A stretch of 64,000 nucleotides of DNA from NCBI GenBank assembly GCA_964016885.1, contig OZ024744.1:8990001-9054000 (forward strand). The letters are read 5' to 3'. Origin of the DNA: Eledone cirrhosa. Its lineage: Eukaryota. The notes beneath the pieces are model-generated. The model made no database searches. It saw only the letters and a program-made list of their open reading frames with translations, and was not told the origin of the DNA. A program made the translations under genes and the position numbers. Below, in pieces: positions 25,568 through 40,089 of this stretch; the stretch's first letter is position 1; every line of letters starts with the position of its first letter.

Positions 25568-26288
25568 ATTATACATACATATATAAATATATGGTAAGTG
25601 TTGTAACATATGTTAAACCATTTCGTAGTTCGTCAGAAAATATAACAGAAATGTTTATCTCCTTTTATTCTTTCTCATCTTTCTTTTATGAAAAGGAAAG
25701 AAAAGAATGGAAAAGGACAGAAAAGAAAAGAAAAGAAAAGTAAAGTAAAAGCCACAAAAGTAATTTGGTGCACACAATATCGTTTGTGGAATACACATTT
25801 AGTTAAATAAACATCTCATAGCAGTTTTTTAATGCCTTGTATTATTTCCAAGTCAAATTATTGCACCAAATGATTTCAGTTTCTGCATTGCATAAAGGAT
25901 AAAAAACCAATAAAAATAATACAATGAAAGCAATCGTACTCGTTTACCTCGACATTGTATGTATAAATATTCTAAACAGAAATTGCTGATACATCCGTTT
26001 ACCTACATACGTTTTACACCAAATCATATATTCTCAAATTTCAAATTGCCCAATGATATTGATATTTCTAGCTTTACGTTTAAATATACTAAACTAATTC
26101 GTAATTAGCTGCCAACGTTTATTTCGCGTAATAATTCAATGTCCTCACCCGGTAGACGAGATCTGGTGGCTTTCAATGCCGCCCTGGCGGGTCTAGGCCC
26201 TCTCTTTTTTTCATCTCAAGGGAAGCTTTACTATATTTATGCATATATTCTTACGATAACTACATAATGAGAACTATTTCAAAAACAC

Positions 26289-27585
<1,297 letters not shown>

Positions 27586-27649
27586 TAACTCGTGTGCTTC
27601 CTCTCCACATTTTATTATTATTATTATTCACCCCACACGAAATACAGAA

Positions 27650-29260
27650 AATGCCAACTAAAACAAAAACAGACTCCACTCTCATCAGCATCAATCAAGA
27701 GATACTCCAAGAACTACAAAAAATTAACTCTAATTTGTCAATACTCACCAACAAACTAAACTCTACAAGTGAAGAAACAATCCCCAAATACACATTCTAT
27801 GAAATCAACGACAATATCAATAACTGATGTGAAACAATAAAAACACACCTGAATAACAACACAAACCCTATTCAAACGAACGACAATACACATGACACTA
27901 ATACACTTACAACTTACCAAATAAAAAACAAATTAATACCACAATGGTACACATCTCTTAAAAACAGGAAATTCTCCTTCTGGAAGATGATACAAAACAA
28001 TAACAAAGCGGAGATCTATGAAAAATGGATTAACTCTTCCCCATTAATCATCCCCCAAAAACTACAAATTAAATCCATCCCAAACGAACCAGAGACACAA
28101 AGACGCTTCAGGGAAAGAATGGCACTTGATAACATAAAAACCTGAATTGAACTCCTTAATTGAGAGCCCAAGCAAATGAAGATAGGATCAAATCAATCGA
28201 CGATGAGATTAATCTAGCAATTATCAATATAACCAAAGACACATCCCTAGAAAATATTTCAAAAGTATGGTTAGAGGACTGTAATAAGGAAGAATTTAAA
28301 TCCCTTCAACACTGGGAAATAAACGAAACCTGGTTCTCTAACTATGAAACACTTTTCCAAAAAGAACACACATCCAAGAACCCCTTCATTAAAACCATAA
28401 TAACAAGAAAACTCAATCAACACCCAAACAATACACAACAACCAACAACAACAACAAAAAAACAATACCTCCCCACATACCAACAAAAGAAGGCATCACC
28501 TCGCCCCTACCTCCTACATCCTCCACACAACTACCACACGGACTCCCAAGCAACAAATATAGTAATAGAGAAACATCAGCTACAAGATAGACACTACAAC
28601 TTCTCTCCAACCAGGAGAAACCATAACCCCCGCCCCACATACACACACACACTTACAACCCCCCCTAACATCCCCACACAACAAACCCACAACCATCATT
28701 ACTTCCAACATAGAACCCAAAATACACAACCACCACACATGTCACACAGGGCCTCACAACCACACACCAGCTATAAGGAAACCCTAATCTACCCTCCCCC
28801 ACTAACCACACCCTACTACAACAACACCAGCAGGGGACAATACAACCACACCAGACACCCTAACCACTACAACCACCATAGCTACACACCATATAACAGC
28901 AACAACAGGACTCAATATGAACACACAAGACAACCCTACTACAACTACCACCAAGTCTACACACTCTACAACAACAGCAGTGCTCAACACAACCACACGT
29001 TACAACCCAACTTCAACAACCACCACAACTACACACCCTACAACCACGTCCATCAAATCTACACACCCTACAACAACATCAGCAGGGCTCAATACAACCA
29101 CACGATACAAGCTAAACTCAACAACCACCACAGCTACACACCATCTAACAACAACAGCGGGAGCCAATACAACTATAAGAGACATCCAAACTTCAACAGC
29201 CATCACAACTTCCGTAGTCATTTTTTAGACACAACACACAGACACAGGATAACAAGATAA
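27650..29260 (+). pseudogene. PLE upstream ORF1 (helical Trp-containing domain plus H/N/Y-rich repeats), disabled
   Basis: ATG at 27650; in-frame TGA at 27825 and 28143; a shift near 28158 leads into ORF 28160-29260. Confidence 0.65.
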
Positions 29261-31503
29261 CACAAAACACACAGGAGACACAAAATGCAATAACAATTGT
29301 CAATTTAACCTCCAAAGAATTAACAACAGACCAAATCAACATACTCTCCAAAGGTCTAAAGTTTACACCAACTCCCCAACAACCAAACTACCCCGAAATG
29401 AAGGAAGATATTGCAGAATTCTGTAGAAAACTAAGACTCAGCGAACAACTATACGACAGATACAATGAGGATGACCCAATAGCCAGAAATAGAAGCAACT
29501 ACACCCCACCAAAAGGCAAGAACAAATTCCTCGATCAATTCTGCGAACACATTACTAATTACCCATACCACCACCTACACAGGCATAAACAAAAACCAAA
29601 CCAAAGCAAAAAAGAATGGAATGGGGTCAACAGTCTAAAAAACGACAAAACCCTAACAATCAAAGAGGCAGATAAAGGGAGTGCAGTAGTCCTTATGGAG
29701 ACAGATTATTACACAACTCTAGTACTCTCAACTCTAGAAAACCAAACATATGAAAAGCCCAACACTACACACAACAGAAAATAATGAGAAACCTAAAATC
29801 CCTAATAACCCTTTACAAAGAAGGCCTTACAGACAAGGAATACAACTACATCACCAATTTCAAAAGCAGAACAAGCCTCTTCTACGGTATCCCCAAGACA
29901 CAAAAGCGAAGTAATAGGCAGGGTCTGCAAGCAAGCCACATACGTTTACCTCAATATAGCCCCTTCTGATGACCTTAAATTAAGACCCATAATAGCAGGC
30001 ACCACATGTGAAACCCACCGCCTAAGCAACTTCCTAGATATTCTGCTTAAACCTTTCCTAAAACACATAAAAAGCTTCATAAGGGACGACCTTGACAGGC
30101 TCAACCACATCCCAACAACACTCAATAATGAACATACCCTACTAGTTACCTTTGATGTCATCAATTTATATTCCAATATCCCACACAACCTAGGTATAGA
30201 GGCAATACAATTCTGGCTTGAAAACTCCCCTAGTGAACTCCCACAGCGCATCCCTAAAGAATTTGTGTTGGACGGACTCAAATTCATCTTGGAAAACAAT
30301 TTCTTCGAATTCAATGCCAAATAATACAGACAGAAATCTGAAACTGCCATGGGCACGAAAGTGGCCCTCATGGGATATTTGAAAACCACTCTCTACCGCA
30401 AAGTTCTAGACAAATACGGCAACCACTTCTACCAACACAGAAAAGAACTGGAAGAGATATCTGGACGACTGCTTCATCTTCTGGCATGAAAGTATAGATA
30501 GACTGTTTGAGTTCAAAACCCTTCTAAATGGACTCAACACTAACTAACTAACAATGGATTACAGCCATGAACAACTCCCTTTCCTCGATATCCTCATCAA
30601 AAAAACAAGCAACAAAATAGAAACAGACATATACTACAAACCCACAGACTCCAAACAATATCTTCCATTCAACTCATGCCACCATCGACATACCAACAAG
30701 GCAATTCCTTATAACCTAGCCAGAAGGATCTGCACAATAGTTTCAGATAAATACACATGCTACACACGACTTAAAAAACACACTTATGAGCAGAAACTAC
30801 CCACCATCCCTAATCACCAATGGATTCCAACGTGCCCTAAAACTAGACATCCAGGAACTCAGACACCCCAAACCCAGGAATGAACCGCAAAAGAAAACTC
30901 TACCATACATCTCCACACACAATCCCCTCAACAATGAGTCATTCGACACCAACCTCCAGAACATTCCTTTACTAAAAGGAGACCCAAGAATGAACAAAAT
31001 CCTCCAAACACACAACATCATAAAGAGCAAAAGACAACCCAAATCCATAAAAAAACATCCTCACACAAGCCAAAATCCAACAAACCCTCACAATCAACCC
31101 TACAATAACAAAAGACGGAAGGCCCAACTGTGGCATATGCATAAATCTAATAGAAGGTTCAACATTCCATTTTAAACAAGGACAACGTTTCACAGTTAAA
31201 CACAACTTTACATGTGTATCTGAAAACCTTATCTATGTTTTGACCTACTCAGGTTGTCAAGAGCACTACATAGGACAGACAAAAAATAGCCTCCGTCAAC
31301 GTATGACCGTCCATAAATCACAAATTAAAATACAGGAATACAGAAAGATTGCATTTAGTGAACATATCGCCAATTGTGCTCTCAACCAACATCCAAACTT
31401 TAAAATTTTCCCCATTTACAAATTCATAGACAACGCTACTTTCATCCAACGTACCAATAAGGAAACACATTTAATAAATTTCAACCACTACTCAATGCTC
31501 TAA
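29218..31503 (+). pseudogene. PLE reverse transcriptase plus GIY-YIG endonuclease, frameshifted
   Basis: The frame opens after TAG at 29215 and reads IVNLTSKELT..LSKGLKFTPTP; several frameshifts and stops follow. Confidence 0.85.
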
Positions 31504-31939
31504 AAATCGGACCAATCTAAAACTGCAACCAACCATCAAACATTTACAAGATTTACCTCCCTCACACCCTAACTAATCCTTTTTCTTAAATAAATTAAAT
31601 ATCACCCAGCACGAATTGCTTCCCCCTGCATATTAACTATCTAAAAAGGGAAATCATATCAAACCTCAGTCCACCATTTGCCTCCTTCAAGGAACCATGG
31701 TTCAACTAAGAACTCTTGCGATATTAACACATTTTCAACTGCTTAACTTCAATGACTGTGCTGGTAAATAACATTATTTTTTCTTCCACATTGACTTTTT
31801 ACGTTCCACATTATGCACGTTTTTTTTTTTTCATTTTTCTTTTTTCTTTTCACTTCTTAAACCTTGCTTGTATATAACATTATTCTTTCTGCACCTTCTG
31901 TTTAACATGTGCGACACCACACTAATACATTTCACAATC

Positions 31940-31974
31940 ATTTGATAATGCATATAAATGCTGAAACCGGTAAT
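31940..31974 (+). ncRNA. Minimal HHR, U3-A8 variant (3' pLTR copy)
   Basis: TTGATAA-tgcatataaatgct-GAAAC-cg-GTA with palindromic accggt stem III. Confidence 0.6.
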
Positions 31975-32183
31975 AGACAATAATTAAATATATAAATAGA
32001 TAAATAAATGCCATTGTTAAATAATGAATAAATCAACTAATACCTTAACACTTCACACAAAGTAAAACATTTCGTTTTAATCATTTTCTAACCCAGAAAA
32101 AAGAGAGAAACAAAAAAGGAAAAAAATATACTTTCTTCCTCATAATCGTCTCTTTCTCCCTGTTTTCATATATATATATATAT

Positions 32184-33140
32184 ACTAGACATGAAAAATG
32201 CGCAAGCTCAAAAGTGCCACAGAATGTTATAATAAACCTTCAAAAGTGTGGGACTAGAGTTGTTGCTAAAAAATATTGTAATCATTATATATCGTACATT
32301 CTGTGGCATCCTTTATAAAAATAGCTTAAACCAACGAAGCCTTTATTTTTACGCTATTTCACTTAGTTAATTCTTAGAGTGTAACATATAAAAATATGAT
32401 TTACAACTATAAAATAAATTAATTAATATAATAACAGAGCTGCGGAGCTGAAATTTAGGAAATAAGGGAATATCGGATCCTGAGTTGGAGCCAGTCAATT
32501 TTTGGCCGACTCCGCAGCCCTGTATAATACATTTCATATTAAAGTTATTAATAAACCTATTTTACACTGCATGCAAATTACCATGAGATATTGATATTAG
32601 ATATAAGATACAGCGCAATATCTACAGCTGTAAAAGTACGAAAGCGAAGTAATAATAAGTGGCTTAAGGTAATTCCAATATGAAAGTTTGTAGTGATAAA
32701 AATTTGATAATGCAATACGATTGTTAATATTATAGTTCTATGAAAATGTAACAATAGATAACTAAATTATTTTACTATTAGTATATTTAAGAAATTATCA
32801 TTATAGATTTGATCGTTCATATAAGCATCATATTAATTTTCAACACAATTATTTTGTTACTATGAGTATATGATAATAATATTACGTAATTATTTATAGC
32901 TGTTATTACATTAAACATAGATGTATTTATTTTTATATGTTACACTCTAAGAATTAACTAAGTGAAATAGCGTAAAAATAAAGGCTTCGTTGGTTTAAGC
33001 TATTTTTATAAAGGATGCCACAGAATGTACGATATATAATGATTACAATATTTTTTAGCAACAACTCTAGTCCCACACTTTTGAAGGTTTATTATAACAT
33101 TCTGTGGCACTTTTGAGCTTGCGCATTTTTCATGTCTAGT
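32184..33140. mobile_element. Foldback element with ~210-bp inverted arms ending in CTAG
   Basis: 32184-32396 matches the reverse complement of 32928-33140; a solo arm lies at 44430-44569. Confidence 0.85.
32435..32522. mobile_element. 88-bp hAT-like MITE
   Basis: TIRs cagagctgcggag / ctccgcagccctg; 8-bp flanks tataataa / tataatac. Confidence 0.7.
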
Positions 33141-33699
33141 TTAATATTTTTTTAAGGCAACGCTTGTAATAACTCTAGTTAAAGAGGATATATATTAATA
33201 ATAAATTATCGTTGTAATGTAATTAGATTATGTAATTGTTATTATAAATTATCTTATAAATATTAGTGTAAGATGTATAAAAATATTTTCAGACTTTTAA
33301 TATAAACAACTACAAAAAACAATCAATATTAAATCAATATATTATACATAATAGAAAACATAAAATAAACAATACAAAAACAAAATATTTACATACAATT
33401 GCAATTATCAGTGTATATACATTTTCTTTATATTCCCTGAGCAAATTAATAAGATTTGTTTTTATTGTACATAATTTGATGACTTGTTGGAGTGTATTAA
33501 AAGATAGCAACAATTTGTGATTAAATTGTTATCTTAAGCAACTCACTTTTTAATAGTTGTTGGCTGAGCGAAATTGTAAAAGCCTATGAGCAAATATAAA
33601 AAAAAATACACAAACAACATTTCCTTGTGTTATTACAACATTAGATAAAATAATTGAGCAATGTCGTTATATTTTGCTCTTATTGCACATTAATAGTGT

Positions 33700-33865
33700 T
33701 TCTATTTTTCGGCACAAATCCATTACGGCAGTCCATTACTGGTACTTTATTTTATCGAATTAGTAAGTATGAAAGTCGAAGTTAACCTCGGCAGGATTTG
33801 AACTTAGAATGCAAAGGACCATAACAATACTGCAAAGCATGGTGTCTGACGCTCTACCAATACTT
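33700..33865 (-). mobile_element. Main-family SINE, diverged
   Basis: ctggtactttattttatcg..aacctcggcaggatttgaact. Confidence 0.75.
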
Positions 33866-34329
33866 GTGTTGAGCTGGTCATTAATTTATGGTGGTCGTGC
33901 GTGGAGTAGAGCAATCGCTAGTTGAAATATTATGAACAAAACATTTTTATTTGCCGAAGAACATATTTTCAATACTGTTTGTGAATGTGACGAAGGAAAT
34001 ACATTCTGATATGGAACAGTGTACAAAGTGTGTCTGTGAATAACATAATGTTACCTCATGTTGTTGTCAAGACATAATGGATTTCGTATATCCAGTTAGA
34101 AGATGAAACCTAGCCATCTCGGATTAGTTATATTTCATGCTATGTGTAAACGTGTTTGAGGATAGCAAAATATGCGTGTTTCTTGTCTGGAAATTTTCTG
34201 CTAAACTGATTGGTTTCGTTTTTGGCACTATACAATACTCATCCAACAGATAGCTGTATTGGATCCTTGATTGGTTAATATTTAGGTGAGGGTGCTTGAT
34301 GCAGAGTTAGTGCAAAATGGATCAATGAG

Positions 34330-34985
34330 TGTAATAATAATAATGATAATAATAATGAAAATATTGTGTACAATGCTGAGGTGCACTACAACTCATCAAA
34401 AGTGCATATATAATACATAGGGTAATATAAAAACGTCAGGAAAAAAGAACAGTGCATGAGTCATGATATACACATATGTGCATGTGTATGGAAGGGGGAC
34501 ATCAGGTGTAGTTTTGGTGTATTTCGGAATGTATGATGGTTTTAAAGGATGCAGTGTGTCATCAGCTAACAACTGATGCAGGAAGTTTGTTCCATCCTTC
34601 AGCAACTCTGAGCATGAAGAAATATTTCCTAAAGTCATGGGAGCTGTGTTGTTTTCTGACTTTGTAGGCATGTCCACGTGTTAGACACATGGAGATCAAA
34701 AAGGTGTTCGGGGTTGTTGTTGGTCGGATGGTTAATAACTTTGTGGGTGTTTACCAAGTCCATTGCCAGAGGGAAGCAAAATATTCAGGGTATGGTAGGT
34801 GTCTGATGGAGGGTATGCGCTTGGTTGCATGTCTCTGAACAGTTTCCAGGAGGTCAATGTTCTGAGCAAGATAGGGGTTCCAGACTGATGACGCGAACTC
34901 CAAGTGTATTCGTACCATAGATGTATACAGCTTTAAATAGATGGCTGGAGAGCAGCTAATGAAGGTCTTGCTGATTGATGCCAAG
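34330..34985 (-). mobile_element. CR1-clade LINE 3' fragment
   Basis: LYTSMVRIHLEFASSVWNPY...LETVQRHATKRIP followed by a 3' UTR ending in (ATT)n. Confidence 0.8.
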
Positions 34986-35176
34986 TCAATCTTAATAAAT
35001 TGACTGATTTATCTGTTCACTACTGCTAATCCACCGCTGTTTGTACAATTTTTTAGATAATGTCAATTTGAGCTTGAATCATTGGCGTAATGAAATTTGA
35101 AAAGATTATAAGCAAATCTTTTTTAAAATACACAGACAACATTTAACTGTATCGTTGCAACATTAGATCTAATAAT

Positions 35177-35350
35177 TGTTTCTACTTTAGGCACAAGGCC
35201 AGCAATTACCCAGTGCATTACTGGTACTTTATTTTATCTACCCCGTAAGGATGAAAGGCAAAGTCAACCTCGGCAGGATTTGAACTCAGATCGTAAAGGG
35301 ACGTAACTATGCTGGAAAGCATGGCATCCGACCCTCTACCAATACTGCCA
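35177..35350 (-). mobile_element. Main-family SINE, full length
   Basis: Near-identical to the reverse complement of 51320-51495. Confidence 0.9.
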
Positions 35351-35870
35351 AAATAATGGAGCAACATTTGTGCAGAATTATTGTTTGTGCAATAAGATAT
35401 TTGCAGATCTGTACTCGGTCTGCTCTTTAGCCAACTCGGTACGTTTAGAAGCTCTACGCTCGGCTTGATTTTGAGATATAATAGCTGAATTTGCAGATCT
35501 ATACTTGGCCTGCTTGTTTGCCAACTCATACCGTTTTGAACATCTATACTTGGCCTGTTTTTGTGTTAATTTAGCAAAATTCACAGCTCTATAATCGGCC
35601 TGTTTTTGTCTCAACTTCTCCCGATTCCGCATCCGGTAAGCTGCTTTCACATCCAATTTAATACGCCCATCTAGATTATTAGCACAGGAATGTGAACAAG
35701 CTTGTGGGACCGCATCATTGTAAGTATATGAACTGCCTGCAACATCAAGACCCAATTCACAAGTGCAGCGTTGCTCATTCACATCGGCAGTGGGGACACC
35801 AAAATCAGTGACAGGTCTCGATTCACTCGCGAGATACATCACAGCTACACTATATATTTAAACATATATA

Positions 35871-35930
35871 CAGTGATACCTCGCTACTTGGCGGTTCAAC
35901 TATCGCGGATTCACGATTTCGCGCAGTTTT
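35871..35930 (+). mobile_element. Solo Tigger/pogo-like terminus
   Basis: TA|CAGTGATACCTCGCTACTTGGCGGTTCA; no partner end found. Confidence 0.45.
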
Positions 35931-36008
35931 AGAATATATATATGAACACCTAAAATTTTTCATTAAATCCATTAAAATATTAATAATAAACACAGTTCTA
36001 ATCATACG

Positions 36009-36063
<55 letters not shown>

Positions 36064-36151
36064 TAAGTAATTAATACCGTATAAATGGTACAAAGACTGT
36101 TTATGTAAAATGTATTTCTCAACAGAGTATTGAATACTTAGGAGAAATTCA

Positions 36152-36462
<311 letters not shown>

Positions 36463-38180
36463 TCTAGTCCTTCGGTCAAGATTAATCTATAAGTTTAGAT
36501 GTCTGCCTTCGTTTAAGTAAATATTACAGTAAGATTTTTAATATAAACAACTACAAAAAACAATTAATATTAAAACGAAAAAATTATCAATGATAAAAGA
36601 AGCGGATGCAACTTTTTTTTTTATAAAGTTATATTCCTGTTTCTTTAAAGAACATTTCATTTTTGTTATATTGTAGGCGAAATAATGCAATGGTTTAATA
36701 GGGAAGATATAACTTACCAATTATGTCTCTAACCGTGTAACGCTTTTTAAGTAGATAACTACAATTGAAAATACTAAAGAAATGGAACCAACAATTCAAT
36801 TTGAAAGTCGTCTACTTATAGTGACAGTGTATTACTGGTACTTTATTTTATCGACCCCGTAACGATGAAATGCAAATGCTTAAAATTTAAATTGCCTTAA
36901 TTCTATCGTCTGCTGTTTCATTAAAGGGAGATTCTCGTCTGTATTTAATTCTATCGTCTACTGTTCCACTAAACAGATATACCTCCACTATCGTCTCTAT
37001 TTATACATTTTAACTTATAACTTTTACACATTTGATTTGAAATATTTTATCTAGTCCCCCCTCTCAATATTATGATGATTTCTTTCGAATGAAACAGTTC
37101 TAGTCCTGTAGAAGCCATTTATATATATAATTGAACTGAGTTAAAAATTCACAATATTTATAATTAAATAAGCTCATATATATATGTGTGTATTTATCTG
37201 TTTATTGTATTATATATAATGTGTGTATATACAGGATGTCCCCCAAAAATATATACACACTTCAACAGCATTCTAATAACTATTGCCTGTACAGGTAATC
37301 AAAGTGTCAATCGAAAGTTAGTTTCGTGTTTTAACAGTACAAATTTACAATACACACATAAAACCAGTGTATATACATACATGAGTGTGTATACACATAC
37401 ATGAATGTGTATATACAATATATATGTATATATATATAGACACATATATTCACGGTGCAACGGAACATTAAAATATAGATGCGGGAGGGGGGTGTATATA
37501 TAGGGGCGCTGGGGATAAAGGAGTGTAAAGCGTGTGTAATTGATATATTGAAGGAGAGGGGCGTGCAGCGATAGAGTAACAAATATATAGAGAGGGGGAG
37601 AGATGGTATTGAAGGGGAGGAGTGCAAAGCGAAAGAGTAAGAGATATATATATATAGAGACGGAACAGATAGAGAGAAACAGGCGTAAGTAACAGTGGAA
37701 GAGATATATAGAGAGGGGGAAATGTGTTATTGAAGGGGAGGAGTGTAAAGCGAAAGCGTAAGATATATATAGAGAGAGGGGGAATAGTATATATATATAT
37801 ATATATATCAACACTTACTCTGATTGGTTGAAAATTAGCCAATGACATACGATCACCACTACCACGGCTATCCCCGAAAAATTTATGAAGATGTTAGACA
37901 TATATGTTAGAACACGAAAAGTGAACATTCTGTTGTATCACACTTTTCGTGTTCTAACAGATATATATATATATTTATTTATAATAGTAATAATAATAAA
38001 TTTGAAAACTAAAATCCAAAGAGGGCTCGACAAGGACTAATATATATCAACTATATAGCAAATATATATCAACTATAGAGCAAATATTTATTAAAATACC
38101 AGATTATATATATATGTCCCAAGGCTCTGATACCATCAACACTATAAACACAGAGCTGGCATATCTAAGAACTGACTAAC

Positions 38181-38233
38181 TGCCTGATGAGGTCATAGCC
38201 ATTCAATGGCTATCATCGAAATATATATAGTAA
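38181..38233 (+). ncRNA. Minimal type-I HHR (same architecture as 23067)
   Basis: tgc-CTGATGA-ggtc atagccat tca atggctat catc-GAAA-tatat-ATA-gta. Confidence 0.75.
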
Positions 38234-38272
38234 ATAAAGGATTATGAATTCATGCAATTAACTTATGTTTCG

Positions 38273-38312
<40 letters not shown>

Positions 38313-38313
38313 T

Positions 38314-38805
38314 AAAATTTCAAGTTATCAATAATGTGGTGATAATATATTGTCACGTTAGAGATGAACAGCGTACATGTAGGTTTGCTCAACGAGTATA
38401 AATTATATTCCGGATAAAATGTAGAAATGATGAATATAAAATGAAAGTGCTTTTATAAAGGAATTTATTAGGTATTGACATATGTTTCTGTAACATTATA
38501 TGATTACGCTGCTTGCGTAATCATATAATGTTAGCAAGTATTCGATAGCAAATGTATAATCAGTTGTCACTTCTTCCAAGATATTGGATAAATTGGAAAA
38601 AATCAGAAAAATCAAAGTAATTGTAAGAAAGGAAGATGTGAGGGGATAGTATATGACAGATGGCAATTCAATTTACTGGTAAACAAGTATATAGAAGGTT
38701 TTTAATGAGAATACAATGAGTATATGGCTTATTTTATCTAAATAAGAATTTTTGGGAGTGCCTATTTTAACTTATATTTGACCAGTTGAACAATGGACAG
38801 GGCTG
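38314..38805 (-). mobile_element. Third copy of the 21141-22020 pLTR
   Basis: Long sequence match; HHR core altered and part of the stem-II insert deleted. Confidence 0.85.
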
Positions 38806-38825
38806 GTGGTTTGGTGTAGTAGTAT

Positions 38826-39052
38826 CAGTAATGCACTGGGTAATTGCTGGCCTTGTGCCTAAAGTAGAAACAAGTATTGTTTCTACTTTGGGCACAAGGC
38901 CAGCAATTACTCAGTGCATTACTGGTACTTTATTTTATCGACCCCGTAAGGATGAAAGGCAAAGTCAACCTCGGCGGGATTTGAACTCGGATCGTAAAGG
39001 GACGTAACTATGCTGGAAAGCATGGCGTCCGACCCTCTACCGATACTGCCAA
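38826..39052. mobile_element. Tail-to-tail main-family SINEs
   Basis: + strand tail at 38826-38872 and a full - strand copy at 38878-39052. Confidence 0.85.
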
Positions 39053-39820
39053 TTACAGATATAATGTGTCAAGTAAGGAAGAGAGATTTTCACTGCTACT
39101 GTATAACAACAATGCTGGTAGCCTGCTGGTATATGCTTTAGGGAATTGAATTGATAAATCTTATTTTATCTATAGCAGTTTATATTAAATGGTAAAGAAT
39201 AGAAGAGTTGATAGAACTAAGACTAATAGAGAATGTTAATATGTATTTTGACAATCAAACGGAGATAGAGACAGGCGTTCAATCCTGGTAGCGTTTGTAA
39301 TATGAAAATGTAATATGAAAATGCCATATATATACATATACATATATACATATATAATATATTTAGAAACACACAGATAGATGCGGACACACACATATAC
39401 ATGAATGCATCCACACCCAACCGTCAGTTAAGGGTGCCAACCTCACCGATGTTGCTCAATGAATGACTGGGACAGACCAATCCGGTTGAACTAGACTGAA
39501 CCAGTATCAGAGTTAAAATTACATTATGAAGAGAGAAGAAACATTTAGATATAATTAGTAATAAAATGTATCATACCTAAACTGCTCCTAGATTCCTCGA
39601 CTACGTAGTTTCGTGGCATAAACAAAAACAATACATCATAAAGATATATAGTCCCTATATATGTATATGTATATATATATGGCATTTGAGATAACAGAAA
39701 GTTGTAGAAAGGGTAAAATAAGACAAGAGAGAGAGAGAGAGAGAAATTAGTGTGTAGGGGGGGGCGAAGTCATGAAAGAATGGTTCGAATGTGGAAAGTG
39801 AAAACGTTTTGTGTGTCATT

Positions 39821-39884
<64 letters not shown>

Positions 39885-39958
39885 GCATATATATATATCA
39901 TACGCACATACACATATATATATATATATGCGTACATATATCATACACACACACACAG

Positions 39959-40026
<68 letters not shown>

Positions 40027-40089
40027 ATACATATATCATACACACACACAAACGCACACATATGTGTGTATGTATATATACACACTCCC

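Larger units (their letters stand above)
27583..32168 (+). mobile_element. Near full-length Neptune-like Penelope element
   Basis: Upstream ORF, RT (KEADKGS, FDVINLYSNIP, TAMG, RYLDD), Cys-rich linker, GIY-YIG and 3' pLTR; bounded by (TA)n. Confidence 0.9.

Noticed and set aside
25605-25642. - strand CTGACGA-actac-GAAA
   Set aside because: No stem II or stem I pairing.
27825-28145. Two in-frame TGAs in PLE ORF1 as selenocysteine codons
   Set aside because: The element has many other disablements and no SECIS was identified; simple decay is sufficient.
37228-37270. TA|CAGGATGTCCCC Tc1/mariner-like end
   Set aside because: It is short and no matching opposite TIR was found.
39591-39645. - strand GAAAC-tacgta-GTC
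   Set aside because: The 5' half of the core is missing or decayed.
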